Assembly (NCBI GenBank): GCA_965203905.1
Contig: CBDBDQ010000005.1
Location: forward strand, 3,424,001 to 3,488,000
DNA: 64,000 nucleotides
From: Spirochaetia bacterium
GTDB lineage: Bacteria > Spirochaetota > Spirochaetia > SZUA-6 > Bin103
Direction of reading: 5' to 3'
The notes under the pieces were generated by a model, which had not been told where the DNA came from, searched no databases, and saw only the letters and a program-made list of their open reading frames with translations. Of this stretch, positions 10,553 through 22,163 are shown one piece after another. Position numbers and translations under genes: made by a program. Every line of letters begins with the position of its first letter. Within the stretch, counting starts at the first letter, position 1.

Positions 10553-10834
10553 TCACGATTCCTCCGGATGGGTGTGCTGCTGCGATCCACCCGTCTCGAC
10601 CGCGTTACGCTAATCCCGCATGCGACACCTGTCAAAGCGACGGCCTCAGGGGACCAGGACATGAGCAACAAGCTTGACGTGCCAGCCCGGTCGTGGTACG
10701 GGATAGGATGCATGATCGGTGCGGGGTTCTCACGCACTGAACCGATGGAGACGAACAGCGTGGCCACAGCGGCTACGTCGCTCGCCACTTGTTCGCCGGT
10801 CGATCTGGAGAGCAGCCGAAGCAAGGAGTCGGTA

Positions 10835-12805
10835 ATGGAAAAACGATGGTTTCCTATCGTGGTGCTACTGGTGGTGGCCGTATTCGCGGTTGTCGCCGGA
10901 GGCGAGCAAGAGGCGCCGGCAGCAGAACAGGCCGCCGCAGCTACCGGGGGCAACGAAGCGCCTTCACTGGCCGCAATGGTGGCGGCTGGGACACTGCCCC
11001 CGTTGAGCGAACGACTTCCGCACAATCCCGCGGTCGCTCGGGTGTCGGAAACAGGCCAGTACGGCGGTACCATGACTCACATGGAGAACCACTACCCTGA
11101 CAACTTCAATCTGGTCGCCAGAATGCTGGGGGCGTGGGGATTGCTCGCTCTGTGGTCCTGGGATGGCACCGAAATCTATCCGAATCTGGCCGAAAGTTGG
11201 GACATCAACGAGGATGCAACCGAGATGACCGTGCATCTGCGCGCGGGCACAAGGTGGTCCGATGGCGATCTCCTGACGGCAGATGATTACCTGTTCTGGT
11301 GGAACGACGTAGTGCTCTATCATCCGGAAGATATTGCGCCCACGGCACTGGCACCTTCACTGTATATACGATCTGGCGAAGTGATGACGATGGAGAAGGT
11401 CGATGACTACACTTTCAAGATTGCGTTCGTCGATCCGAATCCGGTGGTGATGCTGCGCCTGCTGGCCGAGCGGAACCTCCCGATCATGGCACTGCCCGAA
11501 CACTATCTGAAGCCCTTCCATCCGAAATACAATCGTGACGAGTCGATGACGTTGGAGGCGCAGTGGTCCGAGTTCGACACCAAGATGTATCCGCGTCGGG
11601 CCGGTCACTATCCTCCCAAGGCGCTCGAGGACTTCAGTTTTCCGACGCTGGCACCGTGGGTCATCTCCAGCCTGAAGACCGGACAGAAAATCGTCTTCGA
11701 TCGCAACCCGTACTACTGGAAAGTGGATCCCGAAGGCAACCAGCTACCTTACATCGAGCACGTCGAGGCAGTCTATGCGGGAGACAAGGAGCTCGAAATA
11801 CTGAAGACGGTATCCGGTGATATCCATTTCAGCATGTTCCCCCAGGACGATCCCATTTACTTCCAGAAGCAGGACGAAGGCAATTACGATATCATAAAGT
11901 GGGTCGGCTTGGACAATCCCCATAATTGGGCGGAGAACCATACCTTTCCGCACTATCTGAGGATGCAAGGGGCACGCCCCATCGATATCAGGATGGCCGA
12001 GACAGTGCTCGACCCGAAGTTCCTGTTGGCTCTGCAACTGACAATCGACAACCAGCGTTACAACGAAATCTACCTGCCGTTCGCCAACTTCGTTCGCTAC
12101 CGATGGCTCAGTCCCAACCTTCCGTCCAGTCAGTGGCCCGAGCTGGCTCCCTTGAAGGAGAAGATGGAGGCGGAGCTGTTCGTTCACGACGTGGAGCAGG
12201 CGAATCGCCTGCTGGATGAGCTGGGCCTGGCCAGGCGTGCCGATGGCTGGCGCTACCTGGACGACGAACGAGTGACCATCGAGGCGACCGGTATGGCCGG
12301 ATTTCAGTATGAGGAGATTGTTCTCAAGCTGGCCGAGGAATTCGAGCGCGACCTGGGGATCAAGGTGAATACCGTCCTGTTGGAGGCGGGAGCGTTCAAC
12401 GAGAAAATCAATTCCGGAAACTTTCAATTCCGGGCCCATGGCATATCCGCGCCCAGTCCGGCGTTCTTTCCCGAGTACGGAAGAAAGCACTTCTATCCGG
12501 AGTATGAGCGGTGGCGCAACACTGACGGCGCCCAGGGCGTGGAGCCCGAGGACCCGGTGTACCTGCGGCTGCTGGAGTTGGACGATGCCATATTGGTGGA
12601 GCCGGACGACTCCAAGCGGCGAGAGTTGATCATAGAGCGGATCACCTTGACCGCGGAAAACTACCGGGAGGCGCTGTTCGTGTACGGGGTTCCGTACTTC
12701 AAGCACATTCGCTCGCGCGACATCAGGAACCTTGCCGACGAGATTTTTCCGGTGCAGGCTCAGGGCTGGCCATTCGCGTTGCGCATCGAAGAGTGGTCAT
12801 TCTAG
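10835..12805 (+). CDS. ABC transporter substrate-binding protein, family 5
   Basis: Signal peptide followed by AGGEQE; [45 protein letters not shown] upstream. Confidence 0.92.
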   Translation: MEKRWFPIVVLLVVAVFAVVAGGEQEAPAAEQAAAATGGNEAPSLAAMVAAGTLPPLSERLPHNPAVARVSETGQYGGTMTHMENHYPDNFNLVARMLGAWGLLALWSWDGTEIYPNLAESWDINEDATEMTVHLRAGTRWSDGDLLTADDYLFWWNDVVLYHPEDIAPTALAPSLYIRSGEVMTMEKVDDYTFKIAFVDPNPVVMLRLLAERNLPIMALPEHYLKPFHPKYNRDESMTLEAQWSEFDTKMYPRRAGHYPPKALEDFSFPTLAPWVISSLKTGQKIVFDRNPYYWKVDPEGNQLPYIEHVEAVYAGDKELEILKTVSGDIHFSMFPQDDPIYFQKQDEGNYDIIKWVGLDNPHNWAENHTFPHYLRMQGARPIDIRMAETVLDPKFLLALQLTIDNQRYNEIYLPFANFVRYRWLSPNLPSSQWPELAPLKEKMEAELFVHDVEQANRLLDELGLARRADGWRYLDDERVTIEATGMAGFQYEEIVLKLAEEFERDLGIKVNTVLLEAGAFNEKINSGNFQFRAHGISAPSPAFFPEYGRKHFYPEYERWRNTDGAQGVEPEDPVYLRLLELDDAILVEPDDSKRRELIIERITLTAENYREALFVYGVPYFKHIRSRDIRNLADEIFPVQAQGWPFALRIEEWSF

Positions 12806-13027
12806 CGCCCCGAAAACCGCCGCCTACCGGCGTCGCTTTCGGCCCAGCCCCGCCTACCGTACGGAGTCCTGTCGGAGCTGCCGCTCACGCGCCAATCCGA
12901 CAGACTCCTAGCGGCCCACTAAGGTGGCCGTCAGGCGGGTCACGAACAGATCCCCGTCGCGTACGGAATATGGAACTGTTCCAAACGCGACGGGGGTCTT
13001 GTCTCTCAGAGTTCCGGCTGTGGTATC

Positions 13028-13777
13028 GTGAAGCTGCTTGACTACGGTAGCTCCTACGTCTGCTTCAGCGGACCGGAGAACGCCGTGCGGTTCTGGATAG
13101 AGTCCCGTACCCGGATTGTCGATGAGAACGGCGAGAGGGCGGAAGACTATTATCAGTGCGGCGCCTGCAAGTCCGAGCATACCTGGACTACCAAGAAAAC
13201 CACCCGGTTTCTGTTCAGCGAGGACAATCACGATTTCACACCGGTCTTCGGACCCGATTATTCAGTCATCTTTCGACGCAAGGCCTACTTGAGTGACCGG
13301 TACCGGAAGGTGGTATCGTTGTCCAGCGAGTTCGCCGTCTTTGGGAGCCCTGCTGTGAGGGTGAGGGAAGCGCATGGCACGCATCGGCTCGATACCCCTG
13401 CAGCCGTCCGCGAAGCCACCCACGCTGCGCTCCCGCTCGTAGCCAGGGTCGAGATAGCGAACCAGGAGACCAACCTGAAAGCTGTCATCGAGTGTCCGAT
13501 AAAGACCATCAATATCAATGCGCAGCGGAATCTCTACCAGGTGGACACCGGGCCAGTTGCGTGGCCTGATCTGGCAACACCATCCAGCCGGCTGGCGGAT
13601 ACGATTTCGTTGGCGTTCGTCGCATTCAATTCCTTCTCGGCAGTCGATTTCATCGTGGAGGCGGCGACGCCGCTGGTGGCGGATGGACAGGAGACCGGCA
13701 GGGTGCACCACTACTCGGACATGTTGCGGTTGCCGGCCACGAATAGCATCTACTGCGTTACAGGACCAGCGTCATGA
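13028..13777 (+). CDS. Hypothetical protein with CxxC motif (YQCGACKSE)
   Basis: 249-aa ORF with protein-like composition. Stop overlaps the next gene (ATGA). Confidence 0.75.
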   Translation: MKLLDYGSSYVCFSGPENAVRFWIESRTRIVDENGERAEDYYQCGACKSEHTWTTKKTTRFLFSEDNHDFTPVFGPDYSVIFRRKAYLSDRYRKVVSLSSEFAVFGSPAVRVREAHGTHRLDTPAAVREATHAALPLVARVEIANQETNLKAVIECPIKTININAQRNLYQVDTGPVAWPDLATPSSRLADTISLAFVAFNSFSAVDFIVEAATPLVADGQETGRVHHYSDMLRLPATNSIYCVTGPAS

Positions 13778-14937
13778 AGATCACCAAGGTTGAGACGTTC
13801 CCGATCAATATTCGCTACCGGCATCCCGAGGTAAGCTCACTGATCGCGCGGCCGGGCATTACCGACATCATCGTCAAGGTCACTGCCGACAATGGGCTCG
13901 TGGGATGGGGCGAGAGCACCCGCGCAGGCGATGCCGCAGGAATCGAAAGCGCGATCAGGGCGATGACGCCAATGGTCCTGGGAAGGGATCCCTGGGACAA
14001 GGAGGCGATCGCCAACGACGTCCAAGTGAGCGGGCTGTGGTTCCTGCAGCCGATGACGGCCAACTTTGCATTTGCCGGCCTGGACATCGCGTTGTGGGAC
14101 CTGTGCGGCAAGCAATGCGGTCAGCCGCTGTATCGTATGTTTGGCGGTGCAATGCGCGAGGAGGTGAACTACTTCTACTACATGCGGTGGGGTACGGTGG
14201 ACGAGATCGAGACGCAGGCGCGTGACGGTGTGGACCGTGATTACACGGTGTTCTATCTCAAAGCCGGCGTCGACCGGAACCACGAGACGGCGATGCTTGA
14301 GGCCCTGCGGCACACCATCGGGCCTGACCGAAAGATCCGTGTCGACGCCAACATGGCGTGGCGAGTGGCCGAAGCGGCTGACATTCTCGGTGACTGGGAG
14401 CGACGCTTCGGCATCGACTTTGCGGAGGCGCCGGTGGCCATCGATCCCATCGAGAATATGCTGGACCTCAAGGCTCGCACGGCGTGCGCGCTGTGTGCCA
14501 ACGAGGGCCTCTGGCGAGACCATGACGTGGCGCGAATCATCCGCAGCCGGGTAGCCGACTACCTGTGCTACAGCGTGTACTCGGTCGGCTCACTGCGGCG
14601 CTTTCACACCACCTCTCATGCGGCGAACCTGGAGGGGCTGGCGGTGTGCAAGCACACGCACGGCGAATTCGGCATTGCCGCCGCCGTTGGACAGCACCTG
14701 ATGCTTGCCGCTCCCAACGCCTGTGACGGCAATCAGCAGACCGCCCAGTTCATGGCCGACGATATCCTCACGGCATCGATCCCCATCACTGACGGGCCGA
14801 ATTGGGGCCGCTTGGACGGCGCGGGACTCGGCGTCGACGTGGACGAGGACAAAGTGCTGACATACCATGAAGACTATCTGCGTAACGGGATGTTTCAACC
14901 ATACGGCGAGGCGTTCCCCGCCGCGCGCTTGCCCTGA
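13774..14937 (+). CDS. Mandelate racemase/muconate lactonizing enzyme (enolase superfamily)
   Basis: MKITKVE, GLVGWGE, AGLDIALWDLCGK, RVDAN, FAEAP, ANE and GLGVDVDE. Confidence 0.92.
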   Translation: MKITKVETFPINIRYRHPEVSSLIARPGITDIIVKVTADNGLVGWGESTRAGDAAGIESAIRAMTPMVLGRDPWDKEAIANDVQVSGLWFLQPMTANFAFAGLDIALWDLCGKQCGQPLYRMFGGAMREEVNYFYYMRWGTVDEIETQARDGVDRDYTVFYLKAGVDRNHETAMLEALRHTIGPDRKIRVDANMAWRVAEAADILGDWERRFGIDFAEAPVAIDPIENMLDLKARTACALCANEGLWRDHDVARIIRSRVADYLCYSVYSVGSLRRFHTTSHAANLEGLAVCKHTHGEFGIAAAVGQHLMLAAPNACDGNQQTAQFMADDILTASIPITDGPNWGRLDGAGLGVDVDEDKVLTYHEDYLRNGMFQPYGEAFPAARLP

Positions 14938-14940
14938 CGC

Positions 14941-15936
14941 TCAGTTCGCCCAGACTTCAGAGAAGAGGCGAAGCCAGTTGCCTCCCAAGAGCCGAGAGAT
15001 ATCAGCGGGCTGGTAGCCGCGTCTGGACAAGGCCTCAGCGAGATGGGGCAGCTTGTCCGGCGTCTCCAACCCGCTCGGGCTATGGGCCAGTGCGGCATAC
15101 CCCGGCGACTCCTGGAAGAATGCCGAAGGCAGCTTGGTACCCTGCTGGGATCCGATGTAGTTCCAGAACGACTGTGGTTGATCTTGTGTGAAGTCAGAGC
15201 CGAATCCTACATGATCGATGCCAATTCGTTGAACGAGATCGTCGATCGCATCCACAAAATCGTCAATTGAAGAGCCTCGACCGGAGGGCAAGAACATGTT
15301 GAATGCGGTCGCCCCTACGACCCCACCACGAGCCGCCAACAGCTGCAAGGCCTGGTCCGGCTTGTTCCGTGGATGGTGGTGGAAGCGTTGCGCATTCGCG
15401 TGTGTGCAAGCAACCGGGTGGGCGGACATCTCAATCGCATCCAGAGTAGTCCTTGGGCCGCAATGGGAGAGATCAATGAGTATCCCCAGACGGTTCATCT
15501 CCTTGACCACATCGACCCCAAAGTTGCTCAGTCCTGCGTCCCTCCGTTCCATGCATCCGTTGCCGACAAGATTGCGCTCGTGAAAGGTAAGCTGCATGAT
15601 GAGCACGCCCAGGGAGTGGAACAATTGGATACGCCTCAGGTCGTTCTCGATCGGGCTCATGTTCTGCCAGCCGAGAATGACACCGACCTTGTCAGTCCTC
15701 TTCGCCTGCAAGATGTCGTCAACTGTTGCAACCTGAATGAACCGTGAACTTCGCTGCTCGAATATGGATTGCCAGCGAACGATGTGATCCAGGGTCTGCT
15801 GGAAGTTCTCCCAGGTCACCAGGGTCGCATTGATGGCGGTGACACCACTGGCAGTCAGACTTTCAAAGACGGCGGGACTGTCCCAGTTGCTCGCGTTGAG
15901 GGCGTCGATTACGATTGCGTCACGATAGATGCTCAA
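14941..15936 (-). CDS. Membrane dipeptidase (peptidase M19) family protein
   Basis: IDALN, EMNRLGILIDLSHCG, THAN..HPRNK and DHVGFGSDF. Confidence 0.92.
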   Translation of the reverse strand: MSIYRDAIVIDALNASNWDSPAVFESLTASGVTAINATLVTWENFQQTLDHIVRWQSIFEQRSSRFIQVATVDDILQAKRTDKVGVILGWQNMSPIENDLRRIQLFHSLGVLIMQLTFHERNLVGNGCMERRDAGLSNFGVDVVKEMNRLGILIDLSHCGPRTTLDAIEMSAHPVACTHANAQRFHHHPRNKPDQALQLLAARGGVVGATAFNMFLPSGRGSSIDDFVDAIDDLVQRIGIDHVGFGSDFTQDQPQSFWNYIGSQQGTKLPSAFFQESPGYAALAHSPSGLETPDKLPHLAEALSRRGYQPADISRLLGGNWLRLFSEVWAN

Positions 15937-15955
15937 TTGCCTGCTCCTGGCGCCA

Positions 15956-17089
15956 TCACAGTAACTTCAAGCGCTTCAAGAAGTTGGCATACTCGACCCC
16001 GGACAGGTCAAGCTCCTCGGCGAAATGACAGGAGACGGAGTGCCCTTCGACTTCGCGCAGCTCTGGCTCCTGGTGGCGGCAGATGTCCTTGGCATAGCGG
16101 CAGCGAGGGTGAAACCGGCATCCGGATGGCGGATTGATGGGCGAGGGTACGCTACCTTCGAGCACGATGGTCTGCGAGACGTACAGTGGATCGGGTTGCG
16201 GCAACGCGGACAACAGCGCTTCGGTATAGGGATGGAGTGGACGCTGAAACAGGTCCTCGGCGGAGGCCAGCTCCACGATCTTTCCGAGATACATGATCGC
16301 CACCGTGGTGCTGATCTGGAAAATCACCGACAGATCGTGGGCGATGAAGATGTAGGTCAGGTGAAATCGATCCTGGAGCTCCTCGAACAGGTTGATCAAC
16401 TGGCCCTGAATCGAGACATCCAGCGCCGACACCGGTTCGTCCGCCAGCACCAGTCGCGGATTGAGGGCAAGAGCGCGCGCCACGCCGATCCGTTGCTTCT
16501 GACCGCCGCTGAACTCGTGGGGATAGCGATTCATGTGCTCCCGCTCCAGGCCCACCGCTTCGAGCAGCTCCGCGATACGATCCTCCAGGGCGCTCTTGGC
16601 AAGCGCCTTGTGAATGACGAACGGCTCCTCGAGGATGCTCTTTATGCTCAAGCGTGGATTGAGCGAAGAGTTGGGATCCTGGAACACGAGCTGGATTTCG
16701 CGGCGAATCAGCTTCAGCTCGTGGTGGCGCAACTCGGCCAGGTCGACCACTCGCTCGCCTTGACCGGCTGCCAGCACCTGGCTTCTGAGCAGCGCGGTGC
16801 CGGAGGTTGGGTCGGTCAGCCGGGTGATCGTCTGTGCCAGCGTCGTCTTGCCGCATCCACTCTCGCCCGCCACCCCCAAGGTCTCGCCCTTCTTGAGCAT
16901 GAAGCTCACCCCGTCGAGCGCCCGGACATCCGCTACCTTGCGGCGCAGGAGGCCGGCCCGTACCGGAAAGTACTTGCGCAGGTCGCGGACTGCGAGCAGC
17001 ACGTGGTCAGGAAGTGGGTCGTGTTCCATCACCTGGTTGGCAGACGGCCTGCCCGTGTGCGGCGGTGGTTGCTCGGCGTGGTCATGCAT
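15956..17089 (-). CDS. Oligopeptide-type ABC ATP-binding protein (AppF/DppF-like)
   Basis: GESGCGKTT, FSGGQKQR, DEPVSALD, HPYT and CRFHPRC. Confidence 0.93.
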   Translation of the reverse strand: MHDHAEQPPPHTGRPSANQVMEHDPLPDHVLLAVRDLRKYFPVRAGLLRRKVADVRALDGVSFMLKKGETLGVAGESGCGKTTLAQTITRLTDPTSGTALLRSQVLAAGQGERVVDLAELRHHELKLIRREIQLVFQDPNSSLNPRLSIKSILEEPFVIHKALAKSALEDRIAELLEAVGLEREHMNRYPHEFSGGQKQRIGVARALALNPRLVLADEPVSALDVSIQGQLINLFEELQDRFHLTYIFIAHDLSVIFQISTTVAIMYLGKIVELASAEDLFQRPLHPYTEALLSALPQPDPLYVSQTIVLEGSVPSPINPPSGCRFHPRCRYAKDICRHQEPELREVEGHSVSCHFAEELDLSGVEYANFLKRLKLL

Positions 17090-18080
17090 ACAGGCAGCAG
17101 CGTGCAAAGTGGCCCCTGTCCACTTCCAACAGAGGTTGAGTCTTGAGACACTTCTCGGCCATGAAGCGTTCGCATCGGGGATGAAACTGGCAGCCAGCGA
17201 TGCTGGTGAAGTCATGGGGTACGTTGCCATCGATCGGCTTCAGCTTGACTCGCTCCCGGCTGACGACGGGAATCGACCTGAGCAACCCTTCGGTGTAGGG
17301 ATGGAGGTGGCGGTAGAAGACCGCCTCAGTGCTGCCGAACTCCACTATCTGACCGCGATACATGGTGGCCACCTCCTCGCACATTGCGGCGATCACGCCC
17401 AGATCGTGAGTTATCATGACCACGGCCATCTGAAACTCGTCTCTGATCTGCCTGATGAGCTTCAATATCTGGGCCTGAGTGGTAACATCCAGCGCCGTGG
17501 TCGGCTCATCGGCAATGAGCAGGCGTGGCCGGCAGGACAGGGCAATTGCGATCATTACTCGCTGTGCCATGCCGCCGCTGAATTCGAACGGGTACTGATC
17601 GATACGCTTTTCGGCCTCCGGTATGCCGACCCGGTGGAACATCTCGATGGCATCCTGGCGGGCCTGGCGGTCGGTAAGTCCGCGGTGCAGCATGGTTACT
17701 TCCATGGTCTGATTGCCGCAGGTGTACACCGGGGACAAAGATGTCATTGGCTCCTGGAAGATCATCGCAATGTCGCCGCCGCGAATACTCCGGTACTCGT
17801 CACTCTGCCAGGGCAACGTGGCCAGATCGATGGTGCTGCCGTCGCTACCCGTATAGCGAATCTCCCCGGTCACATTGCCGATGCGCTGTGCGAGTCCCAT
17901 GATGGAGAGGGCGGTCACGCTCTTGCCACAGCCGGACTCGCCCATGATTCCCAGGGTCGCGTTCTCCCTGATCTCCAGGTCTACTCCGTTGACGGCGCGG
18001 ACGACACCTTCCTCCGTGTGAAACGAGACGCGCAGATCGTGTGTACTGATGATGTTCCGGTGCACCTGCGGCCCCTTCAT
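17082..18080 (-). CDS. Oligopeptide-type ABC ATP-binding protein (DppD-like)
   Basis: [24 protein letters not shown] and DEPTTALD. Confidence 0.93.
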   Translation of the reverse strand: MKGPQVHRNIISTHDLRVSFHTEEGVVRAVNGVDLEIRENATLGIMGESGCGKSVTALSIMGLAQRIGNVTGEIRYTGSDGSTIDLATLPWQSDEYRSIRGGDIAMIFQEPMTSLSPVYTCGNQTMEVTMLHRGLTDRQARQDAIEMFHRVGIPEAEKRIDQYPFEFSGGMAQRVMIAIALSCRPRLLIADEPTTALDVTTQAQILKLIRQIRDEFQMAVVMITHDLGVIAAMCEEVATMYRGQIVEFGSTEAVFYRHLHPYTEGLLRSIPVVSRERVKLKPIDGNVPHDFTSIAGCQFHPRCERFMAEKCLKTQPLLEVDRGHFARCCLYA

Positions 18081-19231
18081 TTCTCGGCAAACGGATCGGT
18101 GGCGTCTCTGATCCCGTCGCCAAGGAAGTTGAAAGCCAGGACGACCACCACCACGAATACCGCGGGGATGATATACCAGGGGTGGTTGAGGAGGCGATTC
18201 ACGCTTTGCGCCTCACTCAGCAGAGCTCCCCAGCTGGTCATCGGCGGCCTGATCCCCAGGCCGAGGAAGCTGAGCGCGGTTTCCCCCAGTATCATTCCCG
18301 GTACCGCCAAAGTCACCACGACAATGATGTAGGTGAGGCAGGAGGGTATGAGATGGACCCTGATGATGCGGCTGTGGCTGGCGCCCAGATTTCTCGCTGC
18401 CAGCACGAATTGACGTTCCCGCAAGGAGAGCACCATGCCGCGCAGCACCCTGGCGACGCTGGTCCATCCGGTGAACGACAGGATCACGGTGATGCCGAAG
18501 TACACCTGAATCGGCGACCACTCTGCGGGCAGTGCAATGCTCAGCGCCATCCACAGCGGAATGGTCGGCACCGATCGTACCACTTCGATTGCCCTCTGGA
18601 TCAGGTTGTCGGCGATACCGGCCGCATATCCTGAGGCGATACCGATGATCACCCCAAGGATGACGCTGATCATGACGCCTACCCAACCGACGGTGAGGCT
18701 GATCCTGCCCCCGAACAGCACCCGCGACAGCATGTCACGGCCAAACTTGTCGGTGCCGAACAACACCAGGTAGCCTTCCCGGACGCCTATCAGATGCAGA
18801 TTCGACTTGATCGGCAGAAATCCGAGGAGTCGGTAACTGACGTCACCCGCCACCAGAAAATGAATTGGATACTGCTCCTCGGAGAGTTCCACGAACTCTA
18901 TCGTATAGGTCTCCGTGTTGGTTCTCTTCTCGTGCCCGTACACGAAAGGACGCAGGTGGAAGCGGCCTTCTCTATCCACAAAGTGAATGCGCTGCGGAGG
19001 ATGGTTCTCGTATCCCTTCAGTTCATCGGTCAACAGGTAAGGGGCGAAAAACTCGGTGCCTGCCACCGAGACCACATAGATCGCGATAAGAAACCAGAGA
19101 GTAGCCCGGGCCATCCGATGGCGTTTGAAACGACGCCATATGAGCTGGCGGTAGCTGAGGCCGGTGGCTCGCTGCACGCTGTCCTGGAAGTGCACCGTAT
19201 CCGCTTCGTGGCGTTTGCTCGCTACTGCCAT
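18077..19231 (-). CDS. ABC permease (DppC-like)
   Basis: FGTDKFGRD, EAA-like loop (QFVLAARNLGAS), ETALSFLGLG and GDGIRDATDP. Confidence 0.92.
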   Translation of the reverse strand: MAVASKRHEADTVHFQDSVQRATGLSYRQLIWRRFKRHRMARATLWFLIAIYVVSVAGTEFFAPYLLTDELKGYENHPPQRIHFVDREGRFHLRPFVYGHEKRTNTETYTIEFVELSEEQYPIHFLVAGDVSYRLLGFLPIKSNLHLIGVREGYLVLFGTDKFGRDMLSRVLFGGRISLTVGWVGVMISVILGVIIGIASGYAAGIADNLIQRAIEVVRSVPTIPLWMALSIALPAEWSPIQVYFGITVILSFTGWTSVARVLRGMVLSLRERQFVLAARNLGASHSRIIRVHLIPSCLTYIIVVVTLAVPGMILGETALSFLGLGIRPPMTSWGALLSEAQSVNRLLNHPWYIIPAVFVVVVVLAFNFLGDGIRDATDPFAEK

Positions 19232-19266
19232 CAGTGCCGCCCCGCGTTCGCTCTCGGTATCGTTCC

Positions 19267-20250
19267 TCAGTCGAACTGGATGCGGGGATCGGTCCAGGCC
19301 AGCACGATATCGGCAAGCAGGTTACCGATAAGGAGCATGAACGACAGCACAATCAGCATGCTGCCGGCGAGAAACATGTCGCGCTGGCGCAAGGCTTGCA
19401 GCAGGAGCGGACCGGTGGTCGGCAATCCCAACACGATGGAAACGATGGTCGAGCCGCCAATAATTGTCGGCAGCTGCATGCCGAGGGAGGTGATGATCGG
19501 ATTGAGCGCCTCACGAACCACGTACTTTCGGACCACGCGCTTCTCCCGGAGTCCCTTGGCGCGGGCGACGTTGACATGCGCGCTGCCGATGATATCCAGG
19601 ACATTGCCCCGCATCACCCTCATCATCCCAGCCATTCCGGAGGTGCCGATGATGACGATCGGAACCCAGATATGGGCGAGCATGTCCAGCAGCTTGGCCA
19701 GGCTCCACGGTGCTTCGACGAACTGCGGCGAGAACAGTCCTCCGGGAGATATGCCGAACGCGTGCATGGACAGCATGATGAACAACAGCGCCAACAGAAA
19801 GTTCGGCGTGGCCAGCCCGATGAACCCCAGAAACGTAAATATCTGATCACTGAACCGGTACTGGTGGGTGGCCGAGTAGATGCCAATGGGTATGGCGAGC
19901 AGCACCGTGAAGACTATGGTCCCCACCGAAATGGCGGCCGTGAGCAGAAGCCGTTCGCCGACCAATTCCGCGACCGGTTTCTGGTAGAGGAACGATTCTC
20001 CCATGTCCCCACGGAGAAAGTTGACGGCCCAGATCAGGTAGCGTTCGAAGAACGACCGGTCGAGAGCGTAGCGCTCACGCAGGGTGTCCAGGCGGTGTTG
20101 AGCTACCTCCGTTCCTTCGTTGTCGAGCTGGGCCTGCAGCACGGACACGTAGTCCCCCGGTGGCAGCTCGATGACGAAGAAGACCAGGATCGAGACCACG
20201 ATCAGAGTGGGAATCATCCCCAGCAAGCGGCGAATGATGTGGACGATCAA
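19267..20250 (-). CDS. ABC permease (DppB-like)
   Basis: IIRRLLGMIPTL, LPPGD, ARAKGL and DPRI. TTG start after GAGGGAG. Confidence 0.92.
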   Translation of the reverse strand: MIVHIIRRLLGMIPTLIVVSILVFFVIELPPGDYVSVLQAQLDNEGTEVAQHRLDTLRERYALDRSFFERYLIWAVNFLRGDMGESFLYQKPVAELVGERLLLTAAISVGTIVFTVLLAIPIGIYSATHQYRFSDQIFTFLGFIGLATPNFLLALLFIMLSMHAFGISPGGLFSPQFVEAPWSLAKLLDMLAHIWVPIVIIGTSGMAGMMRVMRGNVLDIIGSAHVNVARAKGLREKRVVRKYVVREALNPIITSLGMQLPTIIGGSTIVSIVLGLPTTGPLLLQALRQRDMFLAGSMLIVLSFMLLIGNLLADIVLAWTDPRIQFD

Positions 20251-20426
20251 GGCAGCTCCCTCCCGGATCCGGATCGTCGGGGCAAATGCCCGCGAGAGGC
20301 GAGACGGTGCCCAGACGCTACCATTGATACCGCGGCCGCTCAAGTGCTGTGCGCGCATCACACCGATCACACCATCACACCCGCACGGATCGACGAACGG
20401 CGGCGCAACCGCTACGCTACGGCCCC

Positions 20427-22067
20427 GTGACTGGATACGACTACATCACGCAGATTCTCAAGTCCGAAGGGGTCGAGTGGCTGGCCTGCTTTCCCCAGAC
20501 CCCGATGATCGAAGCCGCGGCCGTGGCCGGGATACGGCCAATCGCGTTCCGCCATGAGCGCGGGGCGGTGATGGCCGCCGACGGCTACAGCCGCACCAGC
20601 GACCGGCGCCGGTTCGGCGTGGTGACGGTGCAGGCCCAGGCGGGGGCGGAGAACGCGCTCGGCGGGTTGGCCCAGGCCGGCGCCGACAACATCCCGGTGC
20701 TGCTGCTGCCCGCCGGCAACGCGCGCGACACCGTGACGCGGCCGAATTTCTCCGCCGCACGCACCTTCCAGGGCGTGGCCAAGCAGGTGGAGCCGATCCT
20801 GCGCCGCGACCAGATCGGGGCGGTGATGCGGCGCGCCTTCCACGGCCTGCGCAACGGCGCGCCCGGGCCGGTGGTGGTGGAGCTGACCCAGGACGTGTGC
20901 GCCGAGGAAGTGCCGCCCGCAGAACGCACCTACCGTTCACCGCGCGCGGCGCGCCAGGTGCCCGCGGCGGCCGACGTGGCCGCGGCCGCCGAATTGCTGC
21001 GCAGCGCCGTGAAGCCGTTGATCTGGGCCGGCGCCGGGGTGCTGGCGGCCGGTGCCAGCGCGGACCTGGCCCGCCTGGCCGAGCTGCTGGCGGCGCCGGT
21101 GTTCTGCACCATGCCCGGCAAGTCGGCGCTGCCCGAGACCCATCCCCTGTGCCTCGGCGCCGGCAGCGGCACCACCACCCTGGCTGCCCACCGCTGGCTG
21201 GGCGAGTGCGACGTGCTGCTGGCCCTCGGCACCAGCCTCACGCGCAGCCCCTACGGCCAGGCGGTGCGCCCCGAGATCCGGGTGATCCACAACAGCGTCA
21301 ACGTGGACGATATCAACAAGGACGAGGCCGCCGCGGTAGCTCTGCCGGGCGATGCCGGGCTCACCATCGAGGCACTGATCGAGGAGTTCCGGTCACGGCC
21401 GGCAGGTGCGGACGCCGTGGCGGATACCGCCGGCCGGGTCGCCTCCATCCGTGAGCAATGGCTGGCGGAGTGGACGCCGGCGCTGACCGGCGACGACGAG
21501 CCGTTGAGCTACTACCGCGTGGTGCACGCCCTGAACGAGGTGCTGGATCCCGATAGCAGCATGGTGACCCACGACGCCGGGGCGCCGCGCGACTGCATGG
21601 TGCCGTTCTATCGCGCCACCGTTCCGCACAGCTACGTCGGCTGGGGCAAGACCACCCACCTGGGGTTCGGCCTGCCGCTGATGATCGGAGCCAAGCTGGC
21701 GCATCCCGACAAGTTCTGCCTCAACGTGATGGGCGACGGCGCCTTCGGCATGTCCGGCCTCGACCTGGAGACCGCCGTGCGCGCCGGCGTCCCCATCACC
21801 ACCGTGCTGCTCAACAACGGCGCCATGGCCACCTACAGCGGCGCGCGGGACCTGATCGGACCGACCGCCCGCGCCGCCGGCGTGAGCACCATGGGCGGCA
21901 ACTACGCCGCCTTGGCGCAGTCGCTCGGCGCCCACGGCATCGAGGTGCGCAGCGCCGCCGAGCTGGAACGGGCGCTGGCCGAGGCGCAGCGCCTGAACGC
22001 CGCCGGCAGCACGGTCCTGATCGACGTCCACGTCAACGTCGAGTCGCGCCGGTCGCGTTTCGGGTGA
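20427..22067 (+). CDS. Thiamine diphosphate-dependent enzyme (acetolactate synthase-like family)
   Basis: RHERGAVMAADGYSR, GPVVVE, WGKTTHLGFG and the ThDP motif GDGAFGM..NN. Confidence 0.9.
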   Translation: MTGYDYITQILKSEGVEWLACFPQTPMIEAAAVAGIRPIAFRHERGAVMAADGYSRTSDRRRFGVVTVQAQAGAENALGGLAQAGADNIPVLLLPAGNARDTVTRPNFSAARTFQGVAKQVEPILRRDQIGAVMRRAFHGLRNGAPGPVVVELTQDVCAEEVPPAERTYRSPRAARQVPAAADVAAAAELLRSAVKPLIWAGAGVLAAGASADLARLAELLAAPVFCTMPGKSALPETHPLCLGAGSGTTTLAAHRWLGECDVLLALGTSLTRSPYGQAVRPEIRVIHNSVNVDDINKDEAAAVALPGDAGLTIEALIEEFRSRPAGADAVADTAGRVASIREQWLAEWTPALTGDDEPLSYYRVVHALNEVLDPDSSMVTHDAGAPRDCMVPFYRATVPHSYVGWGKTTHLGFGLPLMIGAKLAHPDKFCLNVMGDGAFGMSGLDLETAVRAGVPITTVLLNNGAMATYSGARDLIGPTARAAGVSTMGGNYAALAQSLGAHGIEVRSAAELERALAEAQRLNAAGSTVLIDVHVNVESRRSRFG

Positions 22068-22108
22068 TGCACTTGCCACCGGGGAGCCGGATTATTTTGG
22101 CTGCACCG

Positions 22109-22157
22109 AAAAACTTCCGTAAGTTTTTTTGACACCACCTAGAATTGCCCGTACCAT
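22109..22157 (+). promoter_or_regulatory. Sigma70-type promoter with upstream palindrome; probably a leaderless transcript
   Basis: TTGACA (22129-34), 17-bp spacer, TACCAT (22152-57), then GTG start 6 nt later. Inverted repeat AAAAACTT-ccgt-AAGTTTTT at 22109-22128. Confidence 0.75.
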
Positions 22158-22163
22158 GACGCG

